A stretch of 19,987 nt of DNA from a bacterium (GTDB lineage Bacteria; Zhuqueibacterota; Zhuqueibacteria; Oceanimicrobiales; Oceanimicrobiaceae). Of this stretch, positions 1 through 9,109 are shown piece after piece. How positions within the stretch are numbered: the first letter of the stretch is position 1; each line of letters opens with the position of its first letter. The stretch covers positions 1-19,987 of the forward strand of contig JBHIAC010000047.1 in NCBI GenBank assembly GCA_046758365.1. Direction: 5' to 3'. The notes under the pieces are model-generated. The model did no database searches. It had not been told where the DNA came from and worked only from the letters and a program-made list of their open reading frames with translations. A program made the translations under genes and the position numbers.

Positions 1-26
1 AATCGGAGATAGGTTTGGTTCTTCAT
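1..26 (-). CDS. Probable 5' end of a further gene (MKNQTYLR...) running off the window edge, next in line after the four-gene array
   Basis: Minus-strand ATG at 26 preceded by GAGAGGGATTCAAT, similar to the GAGGAGGGATTAAA ribosome-binding region of genes A and B; 68 bp past the stop of gene D. Only 8 codons are visible. Confidence 0.4.
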
Positions 27-94
27 ATTGAATCCCTCTCGCATTTTAAGGTTAATTATCCTATATCTATATGAATTGGTTTTCTTTCATCTTT

Positions 95-3000
95 TTATTT
101 CACTGAAATATAGACTTTCATGGCCGGACTGGCACTGGGAATTTGTTTTATACTCAAACCACTTGGCTGTCCATTCTGCCATTTCAGATTAGAAGGACTG
201 GAGGTGTCCGACAGGTCGTACCCTGTTTTAGGATCACTACCATCCCAAAGAGCCTGAGAATCAGACAAAGGCTTTCCACCATTCACCCTTCTCAAACTGA
301 TGGCTCTACGTCCCCAATCCCATGGCTCTGTGTAAGGTTCATTTATCTTCTCATATATTTTAGGATCCTCTATGATATGCCACACAGCCAACCCCTGATC
401 CGGTAGCCCTTTATCGTAAGAATTCCCAGGCCATCGATTTTCTACAATAAAATACTCTTTGGAAACCTTGTTTGGGTCATAGAGAATGTAAGCCTGGTAG
501 TGTGTTTCTACGTCTTGAATCGTATACCATCCATTATGATGAACGATGGTAGGCTTGATCCAACCCAACTTTAACTTATGAAAGGGATCTAAATGGTATT
601 TGGCAACATCCATCATCGAATAGCTATGGGCCGCGTAGGGATGGCTCTTAACGTCGTATTTCTTCATTTTCTTGGCGATGTCGTAATCATAGTACATATC
701 CGGTAAATTGAGAATCATATGAGAGAGCTCGTGTGTCAAGAGCCCGCGGTCGGGCGGGTAGCCCACGTAGGCTTCAATGACCGTTGGTATTTTCACACCA
801 TCAACGATCAAAGGCTCTTTCTTGGGCCACTCTTTTCCCAAAGCGCCTCTTCTGGTACCGAAAGAGGTGTTTTGCGGAATTATAATATAAACAGCGAGTT
901 CCCACGCGTCAAGTACGCCATTTTTGGGATTGTTGTCATATTGAGCAAAGTTAAAATCTTTATCGGCCTTTCGGATCGCTTCGGCCCACTTTTGCACATG
1001 CCCATGAATCCAGCCATCATTGTTTAAGTCATATTCTAATTTGCCGTTTTTGTTCTTATCTTCATCTGCTTCCAACTTCCCGTTGGGTTCATCCAGCTCG
1101 CCGTTGCCGTTTAGGTCTTCGCCAGGGTCCAGCTTCCCGTTACGATTTCGATCTTCAGGCTGGTCTTCCTGGTCCCAGGGCCCCCAGTAATGATCAGCCG
1201 ATTTCTTCGCTTTATACCAACCCAACACACCAGCCTTCTCTATGGTGAATTGACCCTTGGAGTTCTCCAGGAAATAATCCCGTACGCTGGGTTTGGAGCC
1301 AAAGAGGGTATTCTCAACTTTGGCTTTGGAAGGGGCAGGATGATTGGGACGCTTCGGGTCCCAGAGTATCGCCAACACCTTGCGCTTGCCAATGACTCTT
1401 TTTACCCCCTTGAATGGCTCGGTAAAATCCAGCACATGGATCGATTTGACCAGCACATTATTATTTCGATCCGGTTCAAAGTAGACTACATTCGGGTCGG
1501 GGAAATCCGCTTCAATGGAGACTTGATGATCCCCGCCCGACAACTGCACCGTACGTTGCAATGTCACTGATTGGCCGGCCGTCATTTTATTGACTGTAAA
1601 AAAATATGGCTGGGTGAGACCCGGTTGTACCTTGCCCGGGAAAAACTTCACTTTGAAGGGATTGGTTGCATGGCCAGTACCGATGTTCGTTACCGTGAAA
1701 GAAAAGGTCGTTGCTTTGCCGGCAACAAGCAGCTTGGGCGTCACAATAAGATTATCTACTTTGAGGTCCACAGGAGTCAGATCGAACTGTTTCACAAATT
1801 CGTTGTTATTTTCCTTCGCCTCCGGGACGAAATTGCCCGCGTCCACAGTTCCTCTTATTTTTCGCTTACCCCAAACCCTGAATGACTGCCTGGTCGTGAA
1901 AGTGACTGTTTGGCCCGCTGCCAGTGATTTTGTCCAGAATTCTTCTTGCTTTCCTCCGGCAGCCTCTGGCCAGAAGGTCGTTGGAAAAGAAGTGTTAACG
2001 GCTCCCTTACCAATGTTCTTGACTTTGATTTTCCAGGTAGATTTTTGACCACCAACGGAGGGACCGACAGGCCAGATGTCCTCCACAACGAGATCTGGCG
2101 GCGCCTGCCAAACGACCGTTGTGTCCAGCACATTGCTTTTCTTGCTCTCATCGCTTTCGGGAATCTTATTCTTAGCATCCACCACCCAGCGTAAAGTATG
2201 TTTGCCTTTTTGGGTAAATGTCACATCATAACTGTAAACACGGGTTCCGCCAGACTTCAGCGGGTTCTTTGCCTGCAAAGGATCCTCTTCTTCTAAGACA
2301 GGCGAAAACATCCAGGTTGTATCTAATTTCCCATCCACATAAAGTTCGGTGCTGAAGCTTTTGTTTACGGCCACCAATCCCACATTTTTTATCAATACGG
2401 AGAGGGTTGTGAGACGGTCGGTGAGTGGCGGGAAAGGATCAATTCCCTTAATCTGGCTGTAGGGAATGTCATACAATTCCACCGTCAGGTCAGGTAAAGG
2501 TTTAGGAGAAAGAAATACCCATTGTTTTGTTTTTTGAATCAAGTCCAGAAATTCCCTGGCGAAAATCCCTTCCGCTTGAGCTTGCTCAAAAAACGCCTCC
2601 GCCTTGTTTAAATTCTGAGTCAATTCTTCGTACTTCTCAGGAGTGATGACTTCTCTGGACTCTTCCAGTTTCATTCGGGCCTCTTGGATAACTCCCTCTC
2701 GCAGAGAAATCAGGATTGCTTCCCGATAACCAGACTCCGCTTCTTGAGCCATGCGCTTGGCTGTACTGATATTATCCGCCTCTGCCTGCAAGACCGCTCT
2801 CTGGAAGGCGCTCTCGGCCGTATCGAATGAATTTCTGGCGGGTTCTTTTATAGCCAATTCCAACGCCTGCGTCCGCAGAGCAATCAAATCTTCTAAAGCC
2901 GTTTTAACCATCCTGGCAGACTCAAAGGCCATCCCCAAATGAGTCTTGGCTTGGAACAAAGCCATCTGGATGTCTTCAAGGCGCCCCCCTCGCTCGTGCC

Positions 3001-3250
3001 TTCTGAGGGCTTCCTGGTAAACTTCTTTGGCCCTGGCAAAATTCGTTGGTGAAAAGGTTGGAATCTCCTCTGCCGCTACCTGGTCAAAAAGTTCTTGGAT
3101 TTCTCGAAAAAGCTCTTCTTTGACTTGATCGGGTTCTTGCGCATAGCAGAGTCGGCTAATTCCCAAATCATCGTTAGGATTAACGACTGTAAAAACAACT
3201 GTCAAGGTTGTGAAAATGAGTAGATTAAATATTTGCGTGGGTTTTCTCAT
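95..3250 (-). CDS. Gene D: secreted modular protein (~1051 aa) with leader, shared helical domain, 3 CARDB-like Ig domains and an M6 (immune inhibitor A-like) zinc metalloprotease domain
   Basis: Start moved from 3283 to the ATG at 3250 (GGAGG at 3259-3263; MRK start aligns with the paralogs). CARDB hallmarks: PDL.V, KN.G, VD..N.+.E..E.NN. Protease motif HELSHxxLNLPDMY (HELSH at 719-733), plus SVRDYFLENSKGQF, SMM, HLDPFHKLKLGWI, EYFIVENR and GLAVWHI, typical of M6-domain proteins. Confidence 0.85.
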   Translation of the reverse strand: MRKPTQIFNLLIFTTLTVVFTVVNPNDDLGISRLCYAQEPDQVKEELFREIQELFDQVAAEEIPTFSPTNFARAKEVYQEALRRHERGGRLEDIQMALFQAKTHLGMAFESARMVKTALEDLIALRTQALELAIKEPARNSFDTAESAFQRAVLQAEADNISTAKRMAQEAESGYREAILISLREGVIQEARMKLEESREVITPEKYEELTQNLNKAEAFFEQAQAEGIFAREFLDLIQKTKQWVFLSPKPLPDLTVELYDIPYSQIKGIDPFPPLTDRLTTLSVLIKNVGLVAVNKSFSTELYVDGKLDTTWMFSPVLEEEDPLQAKNPLKSGGTRVYSYDVTFTQKGKHTLRWVVDAKNKIPESDESKKSNVLDTTVVWQAPPDLVVEDIWPVGPSVGGQKSTWKIKVKNIGKGAVNTSFPTTFWPEAAGGKQEEFWTKSLAAGQTVTFTTRQSFRVWGKRKIRGTVDAGNFVPEAKENNNEFVKQFDLTPVDLKVDNLIVTPKLLVAGKATTFSFTVTNIGTGHATNPFKVKFFPGKVQPGLTQPYFFTVNKMTAGQSVTLQRTVQLSGGDHQVSIEADFPDPNVVYFEPDRNNNVLVKSIHVLDFTEPFKGVKRVIGKRKVLAILWDPKRPNHPAPSKAKVENTLFGSKPSVRDYFLENSKGQFTIEKAGVLGWYKAKKSADHYWGPWDQEDQPEDRNRNGKLDPGEDLNGNGELDEPNGKLEADEDKNKNGKLEYDLNNDGWIHGHVQKWAEAIRKADKDFNFAQYDNNPKNGVLDAWELAVYIIIPQNTSFGTRRGALGKEWPKKEPLIVDGVKIPTVIEAYVGYPPDRGLLTHELSHMILNLPDMYYDYDIAKKMKKYDVKSHPYAAHSYSMMDVAKYHLDPFHKLKLGWIKPTIVHHNGWYTIQDVETHYQAYILYDPNKVSKEYFIVENRWPGNSYDKGLPDQGLAVWHIIEDPKIYEKINEPYTEPWDWGRRAISLRRVNGGKPLSDSQALWDGSDPKTGYDLSDTSSPSNLKWQNGQPSGLSIKQIPSASPAMKVYISVK
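1013..1156 (-). repeat. Asp/Asn/Gly-rich Ca-binding-like peptide repeats inserted in the protease domain of gene D
   Basis: EDRNRNGKLDPGE-DLNGNGELD-EPNGKLEADE-DKNKNGKLE-YDLNNDG: repeated Dx[DN]x[DN]G-x-L motifs. Confidence 0.7.
2973..3056. repeat. 84-bp exact repeat, copy in gene D (partner 11439-11522 in gene A)
   Basis: tcttcaaggcgcccccctcgctcgtgcc...attcgttggtgaaaag is identical in both places by direct base comparison. Confidence 0.9.
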
Positions 3251-3254
3251 TCTA

Positions 3255-3266
3255 ATTACCTCCCAG
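3255..3266 (-). promoter_or_regulatory. Ribosome-binding region of gene D, identical 12-mer to that of gene C (6069-6080)
   Basis: Minus strand CTGGGAGGTAAT lies upstream of both ATGs. Confidence 0.75.
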
Positions 3267-3270
3267 GAAA

Positions 3271-6063
3271 TTATTTCGTCCAAAACTTATATTGTGGCAA
3301 TCCTAGCCAAAGCCCCACGTTGCCCTCGCATTCGTAAAAGTGTGAGGAACCCCAGGCTGAGTAATAATAGCCTTTTTTATTGTCAATATTGTAACATTCT
3401 AAATTGCCGGTATCCACTGTTCTTTTTACAGTCCCGGTGATAGTTGTGGCCGGGAATTGCAACATGCAATTAACAAAGTGTTCTTTAGGATGTTTTTCTG
3501 GCTCCCCGACATTGTTATATCTTGCATCCTTGAATACGGAATGAAGATCAGAGAGAAACGCCTTTCCCTTACCATTGATATCTTCGTTGCACTTCCATTT
3601 ACTGTAAAAGGAATCTTTGTGATCATAAGCCGTATTAAAATACATATGATGCTTATGAGCCGACATGTAAATAACGGGGTAATGCTTATCATATAGTTCA
3701 ACATTAATGGTTTTATAGGGAACCACCACGCGCTTACCGAGATATGAAGGTCTAAAAGACCCCCCAGGCCAACGAAACGAATCAAACCCACCAATTTGGA
3801 TAGAGGTCAGTTCCCAGGAGAATCCATTATCGGAGGAGGCGAATGTATATGTAATGGTCACATTGTCTCCTTTATGAACGTCTTTGCACCATGAATCTGG
3901 GCCGTATCCGCCGTCCCACATGTACAGGAAACCCCACCGAATATAAAGTATGGTTTTACTTTTGTTTCCAGGACCTACATATCCCCGAGGACGGACTTGA
4001 AATAGCGTAATTGGCTCGATAGATCTTAGTGCTTTTTCGTCGCTATCGAACTTGTAATAGGGTCGGAAGCCATTAGCCAGTTTCCCTTCTAAATCATCCT
4101 TGAGCCAATCACCATCTTTATCCCTGGCTTTGTCCGTCGGATTGGTGGGGTCTATGAAGATGCTCTCTCCTAGGCACATCGATAGTTTGTGGGAAGGTGT
4201 CAGGACATTGGTCAGTCCTTTAAAAGGTCCATCTACATAGATTTGTGCAACTTTCACATTGTTATTACGATCTGGTTCAAAGTAAATCGCATTTGGGTCT
4301 GGAAAATCCGCCTCGATAGATATTTGATGTGTTCCAGGCGGTAGTTTCACTGTGTGTTGCATTGGAATGGATTGGCCAGCCTGTAATTTATTTACCGTCA
4401 ATAGAGTCGGCTGTATGAGTCCAGCACTCACTTTGCCCGGCATAACCTTGACTTTGAAAGGATAGGCCGCATTGCCAGTACCGATGTTTGTCACGCTGAA
4501 TGACAAGGTTATAGGATCACAGGTCGTGGGTTTTGGTGGAGTCACAATCAGATTCTCTACTTTGAGGTCTGCAGGAAATAGATCAAATGACTTTACTAGT
4601 TCATTATTTTTTTCTCCATTGGGCAGGGTTTCGGGAACATAATTAGCCACATCTGTAGTGACTCTGAGCTTTAGCTTTCCCCAGGCTTGGAATGACTGAG
4701 TGGTTTGGAAGTTGACCGATTGGCCTGCAGGTAAAGATTGTGTCCAAAAATTCTCTTGTGCACCTGCTGAAAGTCCTTCTGGCCAGAAAGTCGTTAGAAA
4801 AGGAATTTTAGCAGCCCCGGTACCAATATTCGTGACTTTAATATTCCAGGTTGATTTCTGACCCCCTTGCGGGACACCCACAGGCCCAACGTCTTCCACG
4901 ATAAGATCTGGTGGTGCCTGCCAAACTACAGTGGTATCTAGTGCATTGTTGTTTTCATTGCTTTCGGCAATGCCATTTTTTGCATCCACTACCCAACGCA
5001 AAGTATGGTAACCCCCCGAAGGAAATGTCACCTCATAATCATAGCCGATTCGGGTTCCGCCGGGCATTAACGGGTTCTTTGCATGCAGGGGATCTTCCTC
5101 TGGTGAGATAGGTAAAAATGTCCAGGTTTTAGCAAGCGTACCGTCCACATATAGATCGATATCGAAACGGGTATCCACAGCTTTCAATCCAATGTTTTTT
5201 ATTAATACTGAGAGAGAAGTAGGGCGGTCGGTGAGCGGTGGGAAGGGATGAATTCCCTTAATTTGACTGTAAGGTACGTCATATAATTCCACGGTCAAGT
5301 CGGGAAACGCCATGCCACCCACCATTTGCCAATTTATGTCTTCAAGCAAGCCTAATAGTTCCTTGTTGAAAATCCCTTCGACTTGAGCCTGCTCAAAAAA
5401 TGACTCGGCTTTTTCTAACCTTTGAACCAATTTTTCATACTCCTCTGGAGAGACGAGATCTCTGGTTTCCTCCAATTTCATCCTTGCCTCCCTGAAAAAT
5501 TTCTCTTGAAAAAACCTACTTGCTTCTTGATAACCGGCTTTGGCTTCCTCCCCAATGCTTTTAGCGCTTCCTATATTCCCTTTCTCTGCTTGCAGGACCG
5601 CTCTATGAAATGCATCTTCGGCCTTTTGAAACGCCTCTTTATTGGCTATAACGTTAGGTTCCTGTTCAAATCCTTGGGCCTGTTCTCGTAGACGGATCAA
5701 ATCCTCTAAAGCCGTTTTAACCATACGAGCGGATTCAAAAGCCATACCCAAGTGAGTTTTGGCTTGATACAGTTGCATCTTGATATACTCAAGATTTCCC
5801 CCTCGCTCGTACTGAGCGTGGGCATCTTGGTAAATTTCTTGTGCCTTGACAAAATTCGTTGGTGAAAAGATTGGAATCTCCTCTGCTTTGGCCTGGTCGA
5901 AAAGTTCTTGAATTTCTAGAAAAAGCTCTTGTTTGACCTGATCGGGCTCTTGCGCATAGCAGAGTTTGCCAAATCTTGAATCATAGCCAGCATGAAAGGC
6001 TGTAAACAAACCTACCATAGTTGCGTAAACCAGTATGTTAAATATATGAATGTGTTTTCTCAT
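3271..6063 (-). CDS. Gene C: secreted modular protein (930 aa) with leader, shared helical domain, 3 CARDB-like domains and a C-terminal domain shared with gene B
   Basis: Long ORF with GGAGG RBS; N-terminus homologous to A, B and D; CARDB region closely similar to D. C-terminal ~310 aa align with B (DKDGDWLKDDLEGKLA, WDGGYGP, HKGD, PVIYMSAHKHH, YNNVGEP). Confidence 0.85.
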   Translation of the reverse strand: MRKHIHIFNILVYATMVGLFTAFHAGYDSRFGKLCYAQEPDQVKQELFLEIQELFDQAKAEEIPIFSPTNFVKAQEIYQDAHAQYERGGNLEYIKMQLYQAKTHLGMAFESARMVKTALEDLIRLREQAQGFEQEPNVIANKEAFQKAEDAFHRAVLQAEKGNIGSAKSIGEEAKAGYQEASRFFQEKFFREARMKLEETRDLVSPEEYEKLVQRLEKAESFFEQAQVEGIFNKELLGLLEDINWQMVGGMAFPDLTVELYDVPYSQIKGIHPFPPLTDRPTSLSVLIKNIGLKAVDTRFDIDLYVDGTLAKTWTFLPISPEEDPLHAKNPLMPGGTRIGYDYEVTFPSGGYHTLRWVVDAKNGIAESNENNNALDTTVVWQAPPDLIVEDVGPVGVPQGGQKSTWNIKVTNIGTGAAKIPFLTTFWPEGLSAGAQENFWTQSLPAGQSVNFQTTQSFQAWGKLKLRVTTDVANYVPETLPNGEKNNELVKSFDLFPADLKVENLIVTPPKPTTCDPITLSFSVTNIGTGNAAYPFKVKVMPGKVSAGLIQPTLLTVNKLQAGQSIPMQHTVKLPPGTHQISIEADFPDPNAIYFEPDRNNNVKVAQIYVDGPFKGLTNVLTPSHKLSMCLGESIFIDPTNPTDKARDKDGDWLKDDLEGKLANGFRPYYKFDSDEKALRSIEPITLFQVRPRGYVGPGNKSKTILYIRWGFLYMWDGGYGPDSWCKDVHKGDNVTITYTFASSDNGFSWELTSIQIGGFDSFRWPGGSFRPSYLGKRVVVPYKTINVELYDKHYPVIYMSAHKHHMYFNTAYDHKDSFYSKWKCNEDINGKGKAFLSDLHSVFKDARYNNVGEPEKHPKEHFVNCMLQFPATTITGTVKRTVDTGNLECYNIDNKKGYYYSAWGSSHFYECEGNVGLWLGLPQYKFWTK
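5612..5665. repeat. 54-bp exact repeat, copy in gene C (partner 8607-8660 in gene B)
   Basis: gcatcttcggccttttgaaacgcctctttattggctataacgttaggttcctgt is identical in both, within a longer near-identical block. Confidence 0.9.
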
Positions 6064-6244
6064 TTCACATTACCTCCCAGTAGATTAATTTGTTTTTCGC
6101 TTAATTGGGATTACATAAGAGTTTTCACAAAGTTTTTTTCCCCTCCGTCTTTAGGTTTCTACAAGCCGTCTGCCTTGTATCCTAAATTATGAAGATTGAT
6201 ACTTCGCCTGTGATCTTTGCTAATGTACCAGCATTGATTCTGAA

Positions 6245-9058
6245 TCACTTGGACCACCACTTGCATACTTTATCAGTCAGCCAGATATTTGCGTTGGATC
6301 CCACCTGGTAGAATCCTTTAGTCCCCCATGCAGAGTAATATTTTGAGTTACACTCTAGGTCTCCAACATCCACCACTCTTCCCGGAAGAACCGTCGCTGC
6401 GAACTGAGTCATGCAATTTACAAAGTAATTTTTAGGATGTTTTTTAGGTTCTCCTACGTTGTTATATCGTACGTTTTTGAAGACGGAGTGCAGATCTGCA
6501 AGAAACGCTGCGCCTTTACCATTGACGTCTTCATCACACTTCCACGCACTGTAAAATGAATCCTTGCCATCATAAGCGGTGTCGAAGTAGAGATGATGTT
6601 TATGGGCCGACATGTAGATAACCGGGTGGTGTTGCTGGTACAATTGTAGGTTTACGGTTTCTAATACGGGCAGGACTCGCTTGCCCAAATAAGCAGGCTT
6701 AGGGTACCCTTGAGGCCACTCGAAACCATTGGGCCCGTCCCCAAGCATGATCGAGGTCATTTTCCAGGTAAATCCGCCATTGTCAGAGGTAAGTTTATAG
6801 AGAGCTTTATCATTGTCTCCCATATGTTTGTCGCTGCATGCTGAAGCTGGTCCGTATCCTCCGTCCCATATAAAGAGAAATGTCCACTTGATCCAAATTT
6901 CGGTTTTGCCAACACATCCAGTTCCGGTACATCCCTTAGGCCTCACTTGAAACAAAGTGATGGGCTCAAAAGACCTACGGGCTTTCTCAGCGCTGTCAAA
7001 CTTGTAATAGGGGCTCAAGACCTCCGCCAACTTCCCCTCCAGATCGTCCTTAAGTAAATCACCGTCCATATCCCTTGACTGAGCTTTACCTCCAATCCAG
7101 ATCTGCTCGGGAACGGATGGGTTGATGTAGATACTTTCCCCCAGATACACAGTCAGACCTTCAAACCAGCGATGCGCCTGCGCTCCAGTATTCGCATACC
7201 AAACGATCCCACCACCATAAAAATTGGCATATTGCCCTTTGCCATTGGGTGTGTTCAGAACATCGGTATGGGGAAAGCCCAGGAAGCTTTTTTCCCAGCC
7301 CAGTTGCGCCCATTTATCTTTGATGGCACCGTGTACTTCATGAGCACCTGAGTTCGATGACCAGTAGATAGAGCCGTGTTCGAAGTGGTTGTATTTCCCA
7401 CTTCCATCTAGTGTTATCAACTCGTCGGTAGTAGGATAACCCAGTATACCTTTTTCCCAGTTCAACGCCTCCCATTTCTTTAGGATGACACCTCGGACAA
7501 AGTGGGCTTTTGTTGTTGGGCTCCAGTAGATAGAACTTTCCGTGAAGTGATTAAACCTACCTATTCCATTTGGCGTTTTCAATTCATCGGTTTTTGGATG
7601 TCCAAGTATAGGATCCCCTTTGTTCCAGTCATACCCCAGTTGTTTCCATTTCTTCCAAATCGCGCCATGGACTTCATGGGCTCCAGTTTCTTGTGTCCAC
7701 CAGATGGAACCTTCCAGGTTGTTTTTGGGATTTAGAAAGTCTTGACCTAACCACTCAATGATTAAGGTAAGATTCGAGAATTTCCACAAAGGTTTCTCGT
7801 TCGGTGACCAATAGGTGTCCGTTTTAGGATATCCCAGAACACTGTTATAGGCTCCCAGGGCTTTATATTTCTTCAGAATCTCACCATGCATCTCATGTGC
7901 ACCGGTCTTCGCAGTCCACAGAATAGTGCCTCCCTGAAACATCTGATAGCGTCCGATTCCATCCTGCGCTTTGAGTTCATCACTGAGGGGATATCCCATG
8001 AATCCCTGCTCAGCGCCCATCTCGTTCCACTTTGCCAAAATGGCTCCATGCAGCTCATAAGCCCCGGTGGAAGGATGCCAATAGATACTTCCTCCCTGAT
8101 AATGACGAAACTTACCTCCGTTTGCCGCAGGCTGCTCACCATTTTTGGGAGAACCTAAGAAACCTGTTGGCCCACCGAGTTGCGCATATTTTTCGTCGAT
8201 CGAAAGCTGCTTTCCAAGTTTGCCTTTCTCCCAAGTGATGAAATCCACTTTCGGTTGCAAAGAGGATATTTCTTTCTGGCTTAGTTCAGTACTAGCTATA
8301 ATTATAATGTGATTGATTTGGTCCTTGGTCTTCACCGACAGATTTAGAAATTCGTTGGTGGCAATTCCTTCAGACTGAGCTTGCTTGAGAAGCTCCTTCG
8401 CTTGTGCCAAATTCTGAGCTAATTCTTGGTACCTTTCAGGAGTGATGCGAACCTTCACTTCCTCTAACCAGGTCTCTGCCTCCTTGAAAGATCCTTCTCT
8501 AAAGTAAATCAAAATGGCTTCTCGATAACCAGCTTTGGCTTCCTCACCAATGCTTTTAGCGCCTCCTATATTCCCGTTCTCTGCATGCAAAACCGCTCTA
8601 TGAAAAGCATCTTCGGCCTTTTGAAACGCCTCTTTATTGGCTATAACGTTAGGTTCCTGTCCAAATCCTTGGGCCTGTTCGCGCAGAGGGATCAAATCTT
8701 CTAAAGCCGATTTAACCATACGGGCGGATTCAAAGGCCATCTCCAAGTGAGTTTTGGCTTGATACAGTTGCATCTTGATATCCTCAAGATTTGCTCCTCT
8801 TTTGTACTGAGCACTGGCAGCTTGGTAAATTTCTTGTGCTCTGGCGAAATTCGTTGGTGACAGGATTGGAATCTCCTCAACCGCTGCCTGGTCAAAAAGT
8901 TCTTGGATTTCGCGAAAAAGCTCTGCTTTAACTTGTTCGGGCTCTTGAGCATAGCAGAGATGGACGAATTCTAAGTCACGAATAGGATTAAAGGCTACTA
9001 GCACAACTACTATCGTTGTAGACACCAAGAACTTAGTCAGATAAAAATGTTTTCTCAT
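6245..9058 (-). CDS. Gene B: secreted modular protein (937 aa) with leader, shared helical domain, 6 LGFP repeats and the C-terminal domain shared with gene C
   Basis: Long ORF with GAGGAGG RBS; shared N-terminus; ~54-aa repeats with cores LGSP, MGYP, LGYP, LGHP, LGYP, LGFP and G.IYW...TGAH.+HG.I..KW. Confidence 0.88.
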   Translation of the reverse strand: MRKHFYLTKFLVSTTIVVVLVAFNPIRDLEFVHLCYAQEPEQVKAELFREIQELFDQAAVEEIPILSPTNFARAQEIYQAASAQYKRGANLEDIKMQLYQAKTHLEMAFESARMVKSALEDLIPLREQAQGFGQEPNVIANKEAFQKAEDAFHRAVLHAENGNIGGAKSIGEEAKAGYREAILIYFREGSFKEAETWLEEVKVRITPERYQELAQNLAQAKELLKQAQSEGIATNEFLNLSVKTKDQINHIIIIASTELSQKEISSLQPKVDFITWEKGKLGKQLSIDEKYAQLGGPTGFLGSPKNGEQPAANGGKFRHYQGGSIYWHPSTGAYELHGAILAKWNEMGAEQGFMGYPLSDELKAQDGIGRYQMFQGGTILWTAKTGAHEMHGEILKKYKALGAYNSVLGYPKTDTYWSPNEKPLWKFSNLTLIIEWLGQDFLNPKNNLEGSIWWTQETGAHEVHGAIWKKWKQLGYDWNKGDPILGHPKTDELKTPNGIGRFNHFTESSIYWSPTTKAHFVRGVILKKWEALNWEKGILGYPTTDELITLDGSGKYNHFEHGSIYWSSNSGAHEVHGAIKDKWAQLGWEKSFLGFPHTDVLNTPNGKGQYANFYGGGIVWYANTGAQAHRWFEGLTVYLGESIYINPSVPEQIWIGGKAQSRDMDGDLLKDDLEGKLAEVLSPYYKFDSAEKARRSFEPITLFQVRPKGCTGTGCVGKTEIWIKWTFLFIWDGGYGPASACSDKHMGDNDKALYKLTSDNGGFTWKMTSIMLGDGPNGFEWPQGYPKPAYLGKRVLPVLETVNLQLYQQHHPVIYMSAHKHHLYFDTAYDGKDSFYSAWKCDEDVNGKGAAFLADLHSVFKNVRYNNVGEPKKHPKNYFVNCMTQFAATVLPGRVVDVGDLECNSKYYSAWGTKGFYQVGSNANIWLTDKVCKWWSK
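7178..8200 (-). repeat. Six LGFP-type protein repeats in gene B
   Basis: Repeat consensus I..KW..LG.E...LG[FY]P.TDE....G.G....F..GSIYW...TGAH read from the translation; the third unit carries an insertion. Confidence 0.85.
8607..8660. repeat. 54-bp exact repeat, copy in gene B (partner 5612-5665)
   Basis: Direct base comparison. Confidence 0.9.
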
Positions 9059-9074
9059 TTTAATCCCTCCTCAA
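9051..9074 (-). promoter_or_regulatory. RBS/start region of gene B, identical over 24 bp to that of gene A (11709-11732)
   Basis: Plus strand tttctcattttaatccctcctcaa at both sites (minus strand TTGAGGAGGGATTAAA-ATG-AGA-AA). Confidence 0.8.
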
Positions 9075-9109
9075 TTATTGCTTTTTCTCGCCTTTTTAGG
9101 ATTTTATTT

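Noticed and set aside
3251..3283. ORF-track start of gene D at 3283
   Set aside because: It overlaps the end of gene C; the ATG at 3250 has a GGAGG RBS and aligns with the MRK starts of the paralogs.
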